Shown: positions 30,177 through 39,382 of the stretch, piece after piece | Numbering within the stretch: position 1 is the stretch's first letter | How the letters are laid out: each line of letters begins with the position of its first letter | Source of the DNA: an uncultured Actinomycetes bacterium | GTDB lineage: Bacteria > Actinomycetota > UBA4738 > HRBIN12 | Assembly: GCA_963826185.1 (NCBI GenBank) | Contig: CAWGVY010000001.1 | Location: 261,732-325,731 of the forward strand | Length of the DNA stretch: 64,000 nucleotides | Reading direction: 5' to 3' | Made by a program: the position numbers and the translations under genes | The notes under the pieces: model-generated | Told to the model about the DNA's origin: nothing | Seen by the model: the letters and a program-made list of their open reading frames with translations, nothing else | The model's database searches: none

Positions 30177-31177
30177 GGAAGCGCGGATGGGTACGGCTCG
30201 CGGCCCTGTCGGCCGTGGCGGTGCTCGCGATGGCGGCGTGCAGCGACGTCCAGGAGAGCGGTGAGCGGAGCGTCGGCGGGTCCACGGCGAACGTCGCTAA
30301 GTGCGGGAGCGATCGATCACGATCGCGGTCAACCCATGGGTGGGCGCGGAGGCGAACGCCACCGTCGCCAAGGTCGTGATGGAAGAGCAGATGGGCTGCA
30401 CGGTGAAGCTGCAGGAGATCAACGAGTCGGGCCAGTTCCCAGCCATGGCCGACGGCAGCGTCGACGCCACCCTGGAAGTCTGGCCGTCCGGTCACCTGAA
30501 GGACCGCAAGGACTACATCGAGAAGGACGCGGGCGTGGTCGACGGTGGCGAGTTGGGGATCATCGGCAATATCGGCTGGTTCGTGCCGTCGTACGTGATC
30601 GATCAGACCCCCCAGTTCGCCACGTGGGAGGGGTTCAAGAACAACGCCGACGAGTTCGCCACGGCAGAAACCGGCGACAAGGGCCGGTTCCTGGGCGCAG
30701 ACACGACCTACTCGATCTTCGACGAGGCCATCATCAAGAGCCTCGGATTGGATCTTCAGGTCGTGTACTCCGGGTCGGAGGCTGCCTCGCTGGCGGCCTT
30801 GGACAAGGCCTACAACAACCAGGACCCCATCCTGATGTACTGGTGGACCCCGCAGTGGGCCAGACGCAAAGTACGACCTGGTCGAGGTGAAGTTGCCCGC
30901 AGGCGACAACTGTGCCTCGATCGCCGCGGCGGACCCGGATGTGGCCGAGGGCTACAACTGCGACTACGCCGAGGATGTCCTGTACAAGGCGTTCAGCTCG
31001 GAGCTCGAGGGCAAGGACGCGGCGGCGTTCGCGTTCCTGTCCAACTTCCAGTGGACCGAGGAGGACCAGAACGGCGTGGCCCTCGCGATCCAGGACGGCA
31101 CGGATCCTGAACAGGCCGCCCAGGACTGGATCGACGCCAACAAGGACACCGTTCAGGGGTGGATACCGACCGCGTAG
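30173..31177 (+). CDS. proX: glycine betaine ABC substrate-binding lipoprotein, with two frame breaks
   Basis: ATG 30173 after GGAGGGAAAGGGG. 'MRKRGWVRLAALSAVAVLAMAACSD' (lipobox). Then 'SITIAVNPWVGAEANATVAK...MYWWTPQWA' (frame 1) and 'KYDLVEVKLPAGDNCASIAAADPD...DWIDANKDTVQGWIPTA' (frame 2). Breaks at about 30302-30318 and 30850-30866. Confidence 0.8.
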
Positions 31178-31200
31178 CTCCCGTCGTGACAGGAGAGTGA

Positions 31201-31217
31201 GGGCGGCCCGGCCGCCC
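31201..31217 (+). terminator. GC-rich hairpin downstream of proX
   Basis: GGGCGG-CCCGG-CCGCCC. 24 nt after the proX stop. No U-tract. Confidence 0.35.
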
Positions 31218-31356
31218 CTACTGTTCGGGCCGCGCCTCCCCGTTGCCGCGTCGGATGTGCGGTGCACGGTTGCGGGCAGCGCAACCTGAGGTTTGCCGGC
31301 GCAACGGTGAGTGAGAACATCACCGAGGCAACGCGGGCGGAGGAGCGAGCGGGCGG

Positions 31357-33822
31357 ATGCGCGAGCGTGCACAGACGGTGATCATCGGCGCCGGGATCGT
31401 CGGCGTGAGCGCCGCCTATCACCTGGCCGAGCTCGGCGAGCGCGATGTCCTGGTCCTCGACCAGGGTCCGCTATTCGAGACCGGGGGCTCCACCTCGCAC
31501 GCCCCCGGCCTGGTGTTCCAGACGAACGGCTCGCGCACGATGTGCCGGATCGCGCAGGACACGGTGACGCTGTACGCGGGCCTCGAGCTGGACGGCGAAC
31601 CCGCATGGTTCGGGGTCGGCGGCATCGAGATCGCTACGACGCCCGAGCGCATGCGTGAGCTCCGTCGCAAGATCGGATTCGCCCGTTCGTACGGGATCGA
31701 GGGCGCGGAGCTGATCACCCCCGCCGAAGTGGTCGAGCATGTCCCACTGCTGGATCCCTCCACCGTGCTGGGTGGCTACTTCGTCCCGTCCGACGGGATC
31801 GCGAAGGCCGTGCGGATCGTGACGGCCCTCGCACGTGCGGCCTCGCTGCACAGCGTGGACTTCGAGGGCGGGGTCGCCGTCACGGGGTTCGACATCCGGG
31901 ATGGTCGCGTGCACGGCGTGATCACCGACCGTGGAGCGGTCGAGTGCGATCGGGTGCTGATCTGTGCCGGGATCTGGGGCCCGACGGTGGGGGCGATGGC
32001 CGGCGTGCCCATCCCCTTGATCGCGGTCCAGCACCAGCTGGTCTGGACCGACCCCATCCCGGAGTTGACCGACGAGACGCACGAGGTCGTTCACCCGATC
32101 CTGCGCCACCAGGACATGGCGATGTACTTCCGCCACCGCGAAGATCACTACGGGGTCGGGAGCTACAGGCACGAGCCGATCGCGACGCCGCAAGCCGGGA
32201 TCCGGGCGTCCGGAGGGCCGATGCAGCCCTCGCTGATGCCCTTCACCCCCGCCGACTTCGCCGTGGCCGAGGCGGAGGCCGGACGGATCCTCCCCCCGCT
32301 CAGCGGTCGGATGCGTCCGGCCGACCCCGCGCGATCGCTCAACGGGATGTTCTCGTTCACCCCCGACGCCGGATCGATCGTGGGTGAGAGCGCGTCGGTG
32401 CGCGGCCTGTGGGTGTGTGAGGCGGTCTGGGTCACGCACGGCGGCGGGATGGGCCGGCAGGTGGCCGAGTGGATGGCCACCGGCGAGCCCTCCTACGATC
32501 TGGCAGAGGCGGACGCGAACCGCTTCTATCCCTTCCAGACGACGCCGCCCTACGTCCTGGAGCGTGGCAAGCAGCAGTACCGGGAGGTCTACGACATCCT
32601 CCACCCGCTCCAACGGATGGAGCGCCCGCGCAAGGTGAAGCTCACCCCGTTCTTCGCCCGGCATCAGGAGCTGGGAGCCGAGTTCTTCAGCGGTGCGGGA
32701 TGGGAGCGTCCGCAGTGGTTCGAGGCCAACGCCGGCTCGGTGCCGGCTGACGCGGGATGGGTCGAGCGCGATCGATGGGCGGCCCGGTTCTGGTCGCCTG
32801 CGGTCGGCGTGGAGCATCTCGCCACCCGCGAGCGCGTCGCGCTGTTCGACATCACACCGTTCGCGAAGTTCGACGTCGCGGGCCGGGATGCGCTGAGCTA
32901 CCTCGAGCGCATCTGTGCGAATCGGATCGATCGACCGGCCGGGTCCGTCGTCTACACCGCGATGCTCACGCCCCGCGGTGGGATCCGCTGCGATCTCACG
33001 GTCACCCGCAAAGACGAGGACCTGTTCCGAGTGGTGACCGGAGGCGGCTCCGGTCAACATGATCTGGCGTGGATGCGTTCGCAGATCCTAGGCGGCGAAC
33101 GCGTGACGATCACGGAGCGCACCGGCTCGCTCTTCTGCCTCGGGCTGTGGGGGCCCCGGGCGCGCGACGTGCTGGCCTCGGTCACCGACGCGGACGTCTC
33201 GAACGAGGCCTTCCCGTACCTGACGGCGAAGTACCTGAACATGGGCGAGGTAGGGCCGGTGTGGGCGCAGAGGATCTCCTACGCCGGCGAGCTCGGCTGG
33301 GAGCTGTACGGCCAGTTCGCGATGGGGGATCGGGCCTGGTCGATGCTCTGGGAGGGCGGGCGCGAGCACGGGATCGTGGCCGCCGGCGGGGGCGCCTTCG
33401 ACTCCCTCCGCTTGGAGAAGGGCTACCGGCTGTGGGGCCAGGACATCCATACCGAGCACGATCCGATCGAGGCCGGGCTGGGATTCGCGGTGCGGTGGGA
33501 CAAGGACTTCCAGGGCCGGGAAGCGCTCGAGCGGATACGGGATGGGAGCCTGACCCACAAACTCGCGTGCATGACCCTGGACGACCCGGTCGCCGTGGTG
33601 ATGGGCAAGGAGCCGATCTGGGCGAAGGGCTCCGTCGTGAGTTACGTCACTTCCGCCGCCTACGGCTATTCGGTTGGCCGTGGCATCACCTACGGGTACC
33701 TGCCGGTCGAGATCGCCACCGAAGGCACGCCGGTGGAGATCGAGTATTTCGGCGATCGGGTTGCGGCGACCGTGGCGGCTGACCCCTTGGTCGACCCGAA
33801 GGGCGAACGGATGAAGGTGTGA
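31357..33822 (+). CDS. dimethylglycine oxidase-like flavoprotein (FAD oxidoreductase domain fused to GcvT-type folate-binding domain)
   Basis: 821 aa. 'TVIIGAGIVGVSAAYHLA' and a C-terminal aminomethyltransferase-like region ('ISYAGELGWELY', 'LRLEKGYRLWGQD'). Architecture resembles Arthrobacter DMGO (from memory). Confidence 0.85.
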   Translation: MRERAQTVIIGAGIVGVSAAYHLAELGERDVLVLDQGPLFETGGSTSHAPGLVFQTNGSRTMCRIAQDTVTLYAGLELDGEPAWFGVGGIEIATTPERMRELRRKIGFARSYGIEGAELITPAEVVEHVPLLDPSTVLGGYFVPSDGIAKAVRIVTALARAASLHSVDFEGGVAVTGFDIRDGRVHGVITDRGAVECDRVLICAGIWGPTVGAMAGVPIPLIAVQHQLVWTDPIPELTDETHEVVHPILRHQDMAMYFRHREDHYGVGSYRHEPIATPQAGIRASGGPMQPSLMPFTPADFAVAEAEAGRILPPLSGRMRPADPARSLNGMFSFTPDAGSIVGESASVRGLWVCEAVWVTHGGGMGRQVAEWMATGEPSYDLAEADANRFYPFQTTPPYVLERGKQQYREVYDILHPLQRMERPRKVKLTPFFARHQELGAEFFSGAGWERPQWFEANAGSVPADAGWVERDRWAARFWSPAVGVEHLATRERVALFDITPFAKFDVAGRDALSYLERICANRIDRPAGSVVYTAMLTPRGGIRCDLTVTRKDEDLFRVVTGGGSGQHDLAWMRSQILGGERVTITERTGSLFCLGLWGPRARDVLASVTDADVSNEAFPYLTAKYLNMGEVGPVWAQRISYAGELGWELYGQFAMGDRAWSMLWEGGREHGIVAAGGGAFDSLRLEKGYRLWGQDIHTEHDPIEAGLGFAVRWDKDFQGREALERIRDGSLTHKLACMTLDDPVAVVMGKEPIWAKGSVVSYVTSAAYGYSVGRGITYGYLPVEIATEGTPVEIEYFGDRVAATVAADPLVDPKGERMKV

Positions 33823-33832
33823 GGAGACGAGG

Positions 33833-34531
33833 ATGAGCGACGAGGAACTTGACCTGTCGACCCTGCCCGACCCCGAACTGGTCGCCCAGATGCACGATGA
33901 TCTGTACGACGGCCTGGCCGAGGAGATCGCGGAGGGCACGAACCTGCTGCTTGCCCGCGGGTGGTCGCCCGATCGGGTGTTGAACGAAGCCCTGGTCGAG
34001 GGGATGCGGATCGTCGGGATCGACTTCCGCGACGGGATCCTGTTCGTGCCTGAGGTCCTGCTCGCGGCCAACGCGATGAAGGCCGGGATGTCCATCCTCC
34101 GCCCGCTGCTGGCCGAGACCGGTGCCGAGCGCATGGGCAAGGTGGTGATCGGCACCGTCAAGGGCGACATCCACGACATCGGCAAGAACCTGGTGGGGAT
34201 GATGCTGGAGGGCGCCGGCTTCGACGTGATCGACCTCGGTATCAACAACCCCGTGGAGAGCTACCTGGCGGCGCTGGAGGAACACGAGCCCGACATCCTG
34301 GGGATGAGCGCGTTGCTCACCACCACGATGCCCTACATGAAGGTCGTGGTCGACGAACTGGTGGCCAAGGGGCTCCGCGACCGCTACATCGTGCTGGTGG
34401 GCGGCGCCCCGCTCAACGAGGAGTTCGGCAAGGCGGTGGGCGCGGACGCCTACTGCCGCGATGCCGCCGTGGCGGCCGAAACGGCCCAGGCGCTGGTGAT
34501 GGCCAAGCGTGCCGCGGCCGCCAGCGCTTGA
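33833..34531 (+). CDS. cobalamin-binding corrinoid protein (MtgC/MttC-like)
   Basis: 232 aa. B12-binding 'DxHxxG' as 'GDIHDIGKN', 'SALLTTTM', 'VLVGGAPL'. N-terminal helical cap domain. Confidence 0.9.
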   Translation: MSDEELDLSTLPDPELVAQMHDDLYDGLAEEIAEGTNLLLARGWSPDRVLNEALVEGMRIVGIDFRDGILFVPEVLLAANAMKAGMSILRPLLAETGAERMGKVVIGTVKGDIHDIGKNLVGMMLEGAGFDVIDLGINNPVESYLAALEEHEPDILGMSALLTTTMPYMKVVVDELVAKGLRDRYIVLVGGAPLNEEFGKAVGADAYCRDAAVAAETAQALVMAKRAAAASA

Positions 34532-34542
34532 GGGCCGATGTG

Positions 34543-34860
34543 ATGGCGGAGCTCACGGTGATCTGGTGGCGTGACATCCCCGCCCAGGTGACGGCGAAGG
34601 AAGGTCGCGTCCGTGCGAAGGCCCCGCTGTCCAACCGATTCCAAGAGGCGATCGACATGGCGGCTACCCGGGTGGGCTTGATCGGCACTGACGAGTACCT
34701 TGCGCAGTGGCGGCGGGAGACGCGTCACTGTTCGGACGACATCGAGGCCGAGGTCGAGCGGGAGGCCCACCGGCTCGAGCAGTCCTACGGGGATTCCTGG
34801 CTCGAGACCCTGGTGCGCCAGGGTGGCAGAGCCGACGCTTCCGGAGGTGCCGAGTCATGA
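34543..34860 (+). CDS. small conserved protein of unknown function ('virulence factor'-domain-like, operon partner of corrinoid methyltransferases)
   Basis: 'MAELTVIWWRDIPAQVTAKEGRVRAKAPLSNRFQEAIDMAATRVGLIGTDEYLAQWRRE...'. The start could be TTG 34528 or GTG 34540. Its TGA overlaps the next gene's ATG. Domain name recalled from memory, not verified. Confidence 0.6.
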   Translation: MAELTVIWWRDIPAQVTAKEGRVRAKAPLSNRFQEAIDMAATRVGLIGTDEYLAQWRRETRHCSDDIEAEVEREAHRLEQSYGDSWLETLVRQGGRADASGGAES

Positions 34861-35810
34861 CCGATACGGTCGTGTCCTCGGCCACCCGCGAGGTGGTGAT
34901 CGGCTCGGGACGTCCGTTCGTGATCATCGGTGAGCGGATCAACCCCACGGGCCGCAAGAAGCTGGCCGAAGAGATGAAGGCGGGGGACTTCTCCACGGTC
35001 GTGTCGGACACGCAGGCTCAGGTGGGGGCCGGCGCCCACATGCTGGACGTGAACGCGGGCATCCCGCTCGCGGACGAGCCCGCGATCCTCGCCGAGACCG
35101 TCCAGCTGGTGCAGTCGCTCACCGATGTGCCCCTGTCGATCGATTCGTCGATCGTGGCGGCCCTCGAAGCGGGTCTCGCCGTGTACCAAGGCAAACCGTT
35201 GGTCAACTCGGTCACGGGCGAGGACGAGCGTCTCGAGAGCGTCCTCCCGCTGGTCGCGAAGCACGGAGCGGCCGTGGTCGCGATCACGAACGATGAGACG
35301 GGGATCAGCGAAGATCCTGACGTGCGCTTCGCGGTCGCGGAGAGGATCGTGCACGCCGCCGCGGACCATGGGATCCCGGCCCACGACATCGTGGTCGATC
35401 CGCTGGTGATGCCGATCGGCGCCATGGGATCGGCGGGCCGACAGGTATTCACGCTGGTGCGCCGGCTGCACGATGAGCTCGGCGTCAACACCACATGTGG
35501 TGCGTCCAACGTCTCTTTCGGGCTCCCGAACCGCAACGGGATCAACGGGGCGTTCCTGGCGATGGCGATCGCCAGTGGGATGACCAGCGCCATCACCAGC
35601 CCGATGCACGAGCAGGTTCGGCAAGCCGTGATGGCAGCGGATGTCCTGATGGGGACCGATCCCGATTGCCGGGCGTGGATCTCACGCTACCGGGAGGGCT
35701 CCGACGGCTCCGCGCCCGACGGTGCGCGCCGGCGCGGGGGGCGAGAGGGCCGGCGGCGCGCCACCGGTGGCGAAACTGGCCCCACCTTGGAGATCGTGCC
35801 CGACCCGTGA
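34857..35810 (+). CDS. methyltetrahydrofolate:corrinoid methyltransferase (pterin-binding, MtgA/AcsE-like)
   Basis: ATGA overlap at 34857. 'VIIGERINPTGRKKLAEEM', 'MLDVNAG', 'LSIDSS', 'PLVNSVTGE', 'CGASNVSFGLPNR'. Confidence 0.88.
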   Translation: MTDTVVSSATREVVIGSGRPFVIIGERINPTGRKKLAEEMKAGDFSTVVSDTQAQVGAGAHMLDVNAGIPLADEPAILAETVQLVQSLTDVPLSIDSSIVAALEAGLAVYQGKPLVNSVTGEDERLESVLPLVAKHGAAVVAITNDETGISEDPDVRFAVAERIVHAAADHGIPAHDIVVDPLVMPIGAMGSAGRQVFTLVRRLHDELGVNTTCGASNVSFGLPNRNGINGAFLAMAIASGMTSAITSPMHEQVRQAVMAADVLMGTDPDCRAWISRYREGSDGSAPDGARRRGGREGRRRATGGETGPTLEIVPDP

Positions 35811-37840
35811 GCGGTCCAGCGGACGCGCTCGTGGTCTTCACGCCCTCGGGCAAGCGGGGTCGGTTCGACCGTGGCGCGAACCTCCTGGACGCCGCCCGAT
35901 CCCTGGGCGTCGACCTGGACTCGGTGTGCGGGGGACGCGGGATCTGCGGGCGATGTCAGATCGTGGTGAGCGAGGGCGCGTTCGCGAAGCACGGGATCAC
36001 CTCGGCGGCGGATCACCTCACCGCGTTCTCGGAGCCAGAGGGACGGTACCGGCGGCTGCGCGGTCTCGCCGAGGACCGACGGTTGGGATGCCACGCCCGC
36101 GTCCTGGGCGACCTGGTCGTAGACGTGCCGCCGGAGAGCCAGCTCCACCGCCAGGTGGTGCGCAAGGAGGCCGACGCGCACACGATCGAGGTGGATCCGG
36201 TGGTCCGCCTCCACTACGTGGAGGTCCGCGAGCCTGACATGGCCGATCCCTCAGGCGATCTGGAGCGGCTGATGGAGGCGCTGGAGCGTGACTGGGCCTT
36301 GACCGGCCTCGCCTGCGATCCGCATGTGTTGAGCGTCCTCCAGTCCACGCTCCGCGCGGGTGCCTGGGCGGTGACGGTGGCGGTCCACGACGCCTCGGTG
36401 ATCACCGCGATCTGGCCCGAGCTCCACGAGACGATGGTGGGTATCGCCTTCGACGTCGGCTCGACCACCGTGGCCGGGCATCTCTGCGACCTCGCTTCGG
36501 GCGTGGTGTTGGCGAGCGCCGGGACGATGAACCCGCAGATCCGATTCGGTGAGGATCTGATGAGCCGGGTGTCCTACGTGATGATGAACCCGGATGCGAA
36601 GGACGACCTGACCCGCGTCGTGCGCGAGTGCCTGGACGAGCTGATCGTCGGGCTCTGTCAAGAAGCGGGGGTGACGCCGGACGACGTCCTGGAGCTCACC
36701 GTGGTCGGCAACCCGATCATGCACCACCTGTTCCTCGGTCTCGATCCCACCGAGCTGGGCGGCGCGCCGTTCGCGCTGACTACCGACCGAGCCGTGCGCC
36801 GCCCAGCTGCGACGCTGGGGCTGCATGCGAATCCTGGAGCCCGCGTGTACGTCCTGCCGTGCATCGCGGGGCACGTCGGCGCGGATACCGCGGGAGTGAT
36901 CCTGTCCGAGGCGCCCTACCAGCAGTCGACGATGAACCTGATCGTCGACGTGGGCACGAACGCCGAGATCGTGCTCGGCAACCATGAGCGCTTGCTGGCA
37001 GCCTCCAGTCCCACGGGTCCAGCATTCGAGGGTGCCCAGATCTCGTGCGGACAACGGGCAGCGCCGGGTGCGATCGAGCGGGTGCGGATCGATCCCGAGA
37101 CGCTGGAGCCTCGCTTCCGCGTCATCGGCGATGAGCGATGGTCGGACGAGCCAGGGTTCGACGGGGCAGCGACCGGGGTGTGCGGGTCGGGCATCATCGA
37201 GGTCGTGGCCGAGCTGTTCCTGGCGGGGATCCTCACGACCGACGGGGTGATCGACGGCGCGCTCGCCTCGCGCTCGCCGCGGATCGTCCCCGACGCTCGC
37301 ACGTTCTCCTACGTTCTGCACGACGGCGAACCACGGCTGGTGATCACCCAGAACGACATCCGGCAGATCCAACTGGCGAAGGCCGCTCTATACGCCGGCT
37401 GCCGGCTGTTGATGGATCACGCCGGCCTGGAAGGAGTGGACCGGATCCGACTGGCCGGCGCGTTCGGCGCGCACATCGATCCGGTCCATGCCCTGGTCCT
37501 GGGCCTGGTCCCCGATTGCGATCCCGAGAAGGTCACGAGCGCCGGGAACGCCGCCGGCACGGGAGCGCGCATCGCCCTGTTGAACCGCGCCGCTCGGCCC
37601 GAGATCGAGGGAGTCGTCCGGCGGGTCCAGAAGATCGAGACGGCCGTGGAGCCACGGTTCCAGGAGCACTTCGTGGATGCGATGGGTATCCCGCACTCGA
37701 CCGATCCGAATCCACGGTTACGGAGCGCCGTGACCCTGCCCGATCCCCGGACGGCCGGCGGCGACGATCGTGGCCGCCGACGCCGAGGTCGGGAACCCAG
37801 GACCGCCGACGTCCAACCCGCCGAGAGGAGCACGCCATGA
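35807..37840 (+). CDS. corrinoid reductive activase (RACo-type: N-terminal [2Fe-2S] ferredoxin plus ASKHA/DUF4445 ATPase)
   Basis: GTGA overlap at 35807. 'CGGRGICGRCQIVV...GCHARV' ferredoxin. ASKHA motifs 'IAFDVGSTTVAG', 'IVDVGTNAEIVLG', 'GNAAGTGA'. 677 aa. Confidence 0.85.
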   Translation: MSGPADALVVFTPSGKRGRFDRGANLLDAARSLGVDLDSVCGGRGICGRCQIVVSEGAFAKHGITSAADHLTAFSEPEGRYRRLRGLAEDRRLGCHARVLGDLVVDVPPESQLHRQVVRKEADAHTIEVDPVVRLHYVEVREPDMADPSGDLERLMEALERDWALTGLACDPHVLSVLQSTLRAGAWAVTVAVHDASVITAIWPELHETMVGIAFDVGSTTVAGHLCDLASGVVLASAGTMNPQIRFGEDLMSRVSYVMMNPDAKDDLTRVVRECLDELIVGLCQEAGVTPDDVLELTVVGNPIMHHLFLGLDPTELGGAPFALTTDRAVRRPAATLGLHANPGARVYVLPCIAGHVGADTAGVILSEAPYQQSTMNLIVDVGTNAEIVLGNHERLLAASSPTGPAFEGAQISCGQRAAPGAIERVRIDPETLEPRFRVIGDERWSDEPGFDGAATGVCGSGIIEVVAELFLAGILTTDGVIDGALASRSPRIVPDARTFSYVLHDGEPRLVITQNDIRQIQLAKAALYAGCRLLMDHAGLEGVDRIRLAGAFGAHIDPVHALVLGLVPDCDPEKVTSAGNAAGTGARIALLNRAARPEIEGVVRRVQKIETAVEPRFQEHFVDAMGIPHSTDPNPRLRSAVTLPDPRTAGGDDRGRRRRGREPRTADVQPAERSTP

Positions 37841-39375
37841 GCGACGAACCTCGCCCCGGCCGTCGGGGCCGAGCTGCCCGCCAGGCGGCCCGCGCCCACG
37901 CCGTGGCCGAGAAGGTCCCCTTCATCACGCGAACGCTTCGCCCCTTCGAGGTCCTGAGCGACGAGGGGTTGGAGCTGATCGAGCACAACGCGGACACGAT
38001 CCTTGAGCAGGTGGGGATCGACTTCCGCGACGCGCCCGACGCGGTGAAGCTCTTCAAAGAGGCGGGCGCGGACGTAGAGGGAGAACGCGTGCACTTCCCC
38101 AAGGGGATGTGTCGTCGGATCATCCAGGCGAGCGCCCCCAGCAGCTTCACCCAGCATGCGCGCAACCCCGCCAACACCGTCGAGATCGGCGGGATGAACA
38201 CGGTCTTCGCTCCGGCGTACGGCTCTCCCTTCGTGCGCGATCTGGACGGAGGCCGTCGTTACGGCACGATTGAGGACTTCCGGAACTTCGTGAAGCTCAC
38301 CTATCAGACCCCGTTCCTCCATCACGCGGGAGGGACGGTCTGCGAGCCCGTGGACCTGCCCGTGAACAAGCGCCACTACGACATGGTCTATGCCCACATG
38401 CGGTACTCGGACAAGCCCTTCATGGGCTCGGTGACCCATCCCCAGCGTGCCGAGGACACCGTGGAGATGGCGCGGATCCTCTTCGGCAAGGATGAGCTGG
38501 AGTCCAAGTGCGTGATCCTCAGCCTGATCAACGCGAACTCTCCGCTCGTGTGGGATGCCACGATGTTGGGCGCGGCCAAGGCGTACGCACAGGCGAACCA
38601 AGGGGTGATCATGACGCCGTTCATCCTGGCCGGCGCGATGAGTCCAGCGACGGTGGCCGGAGCCGCGACGCAAACGTTGGCCGAATCGATGGCGGGGATG
38701 ACCTACGTGCAACTGGTGCGCCCGGGCGCGCCGGTCGTGTTCGGATCGTTCGCGTCCTCGATGTCGATGCAGTCGGGGGCCCCCACGTTCGGCACGCCGG
38801 AGCCGGCGCTGGTGCTCTACACCCTCGCTGCCTGCGCGCGCCGCTTGGGCGTGCCCTTCCGCAGCGGAGGTTCGCTCTGCGCGTCCAAGATCCCCGACGC
38901 CCAAGCGGCATACGAATCGGCCAACACCTTGCAGCCCACGGTCTTGGGCGGGGCGAACTTCGTCCTGCACGCGGCCGGATGGCTCGAGGGCGGGCTGACC
39001 ATGGGTTATGAGAAGTTCGTGATGGACCTCGACCAGTGCGGCATGATGCACGCGTTCGCCAAAGGGGTGGACCTGACGCCGAACGGACAGGCCTTGGACG
39101 CGATCATCGAGAACGGACCGGGACAGCACTTCCTGGGGACCGCGCACACCCTGGCGAACTTCGAGACCGCGTTCTTCCGCTCAACGATCGCCGACAACAA
39201 CAGCTTCGAACAGTGGGAGTCGGAGGGATCCAAGGACGCCGTCACCCGCGCGAACGCTCTTTGGAAGGCGATGCTGGCCGAGTACCAGGAGCCGCCGATC
39301 GACGAGGCCGTGGACCTCGAGCTCCGGGAGTGGATCGAACGCCAGAAGGCGTCGTTCCCGGACTCCAACGTGTGA
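37837..39375 (+). CDS. MttB-superfamily methyltransferase, non-pyrrolysine type (quaternary amine:corrinoid methyltransferase, MtgB-like)
   Basis: ATGA overlap at 37837 with GAGAGGAG upstream. 512 aa uninterrupted (no in-frame TAG). N-terminal '...FITRTLRPFEVLSDEGLELIEHNADTILEQVGIDF' and the body are typical of the MttB family as I recall it. Confidence 0.85.
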   Translation: MSDEPRPGRRGRAARQAARAHAVAEKVPFITRTLRPFEVLSDEGLELIEHNADTILEQVGIDFRDAPDAVKLFKEAGADVEGERVHFPKGMCRRIIQASAPSSFTQHARNPANTVEIGGMNTVFAPAYGSPFVRDLDGGRRYGTIEDFRNFVKLTYQTPFLHHAGGTVCEPVDLPVNKRHYDMVYAHMRYSDKPFMGSVTHPQRAEDTVEMARILFGKDELESKCVILSLINANSPLVWDATMLGAAKAYAQANQGVIMTPFILAGAMSPATVAGAATQTLAESMAGMTYVQLVRPGAPVVFGSFASSMSMQSGAPTFGTPEPALVLYTLAACARRLGVPFRSGGSLCASKIPDAQAAYESANTLQPTVLGGANFVLHAAGWLEGGLTMGYEKFVMDLDQCGMMHAFAKGVDLTPNGQALDAIIENGPGQHFLGTAHTLANFETAFFRSTIADNNSFEQWESEGSKDAVTRANALWKAMLAEYQEPPIDEAVDLELREWIERQKASFPDSNV

Positions 39376-39382
39376 TCGGGGC

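Noticed and set aside
31178-31356. Possible glycine riboswitch ahead of the DMGO/corrinoid operon ('CAGGAGAG', 'CTGAGG' and 'CACCGAGGCAAC' resemble core elements).
   Set aside because: The tandem-aptamer consensus blocks (…CGCCGAAGGAGCAA… and …CUCAGGCAAAAGGAC…) are not present in recognisable form or order. I kept it only as an unclassified structured leader.
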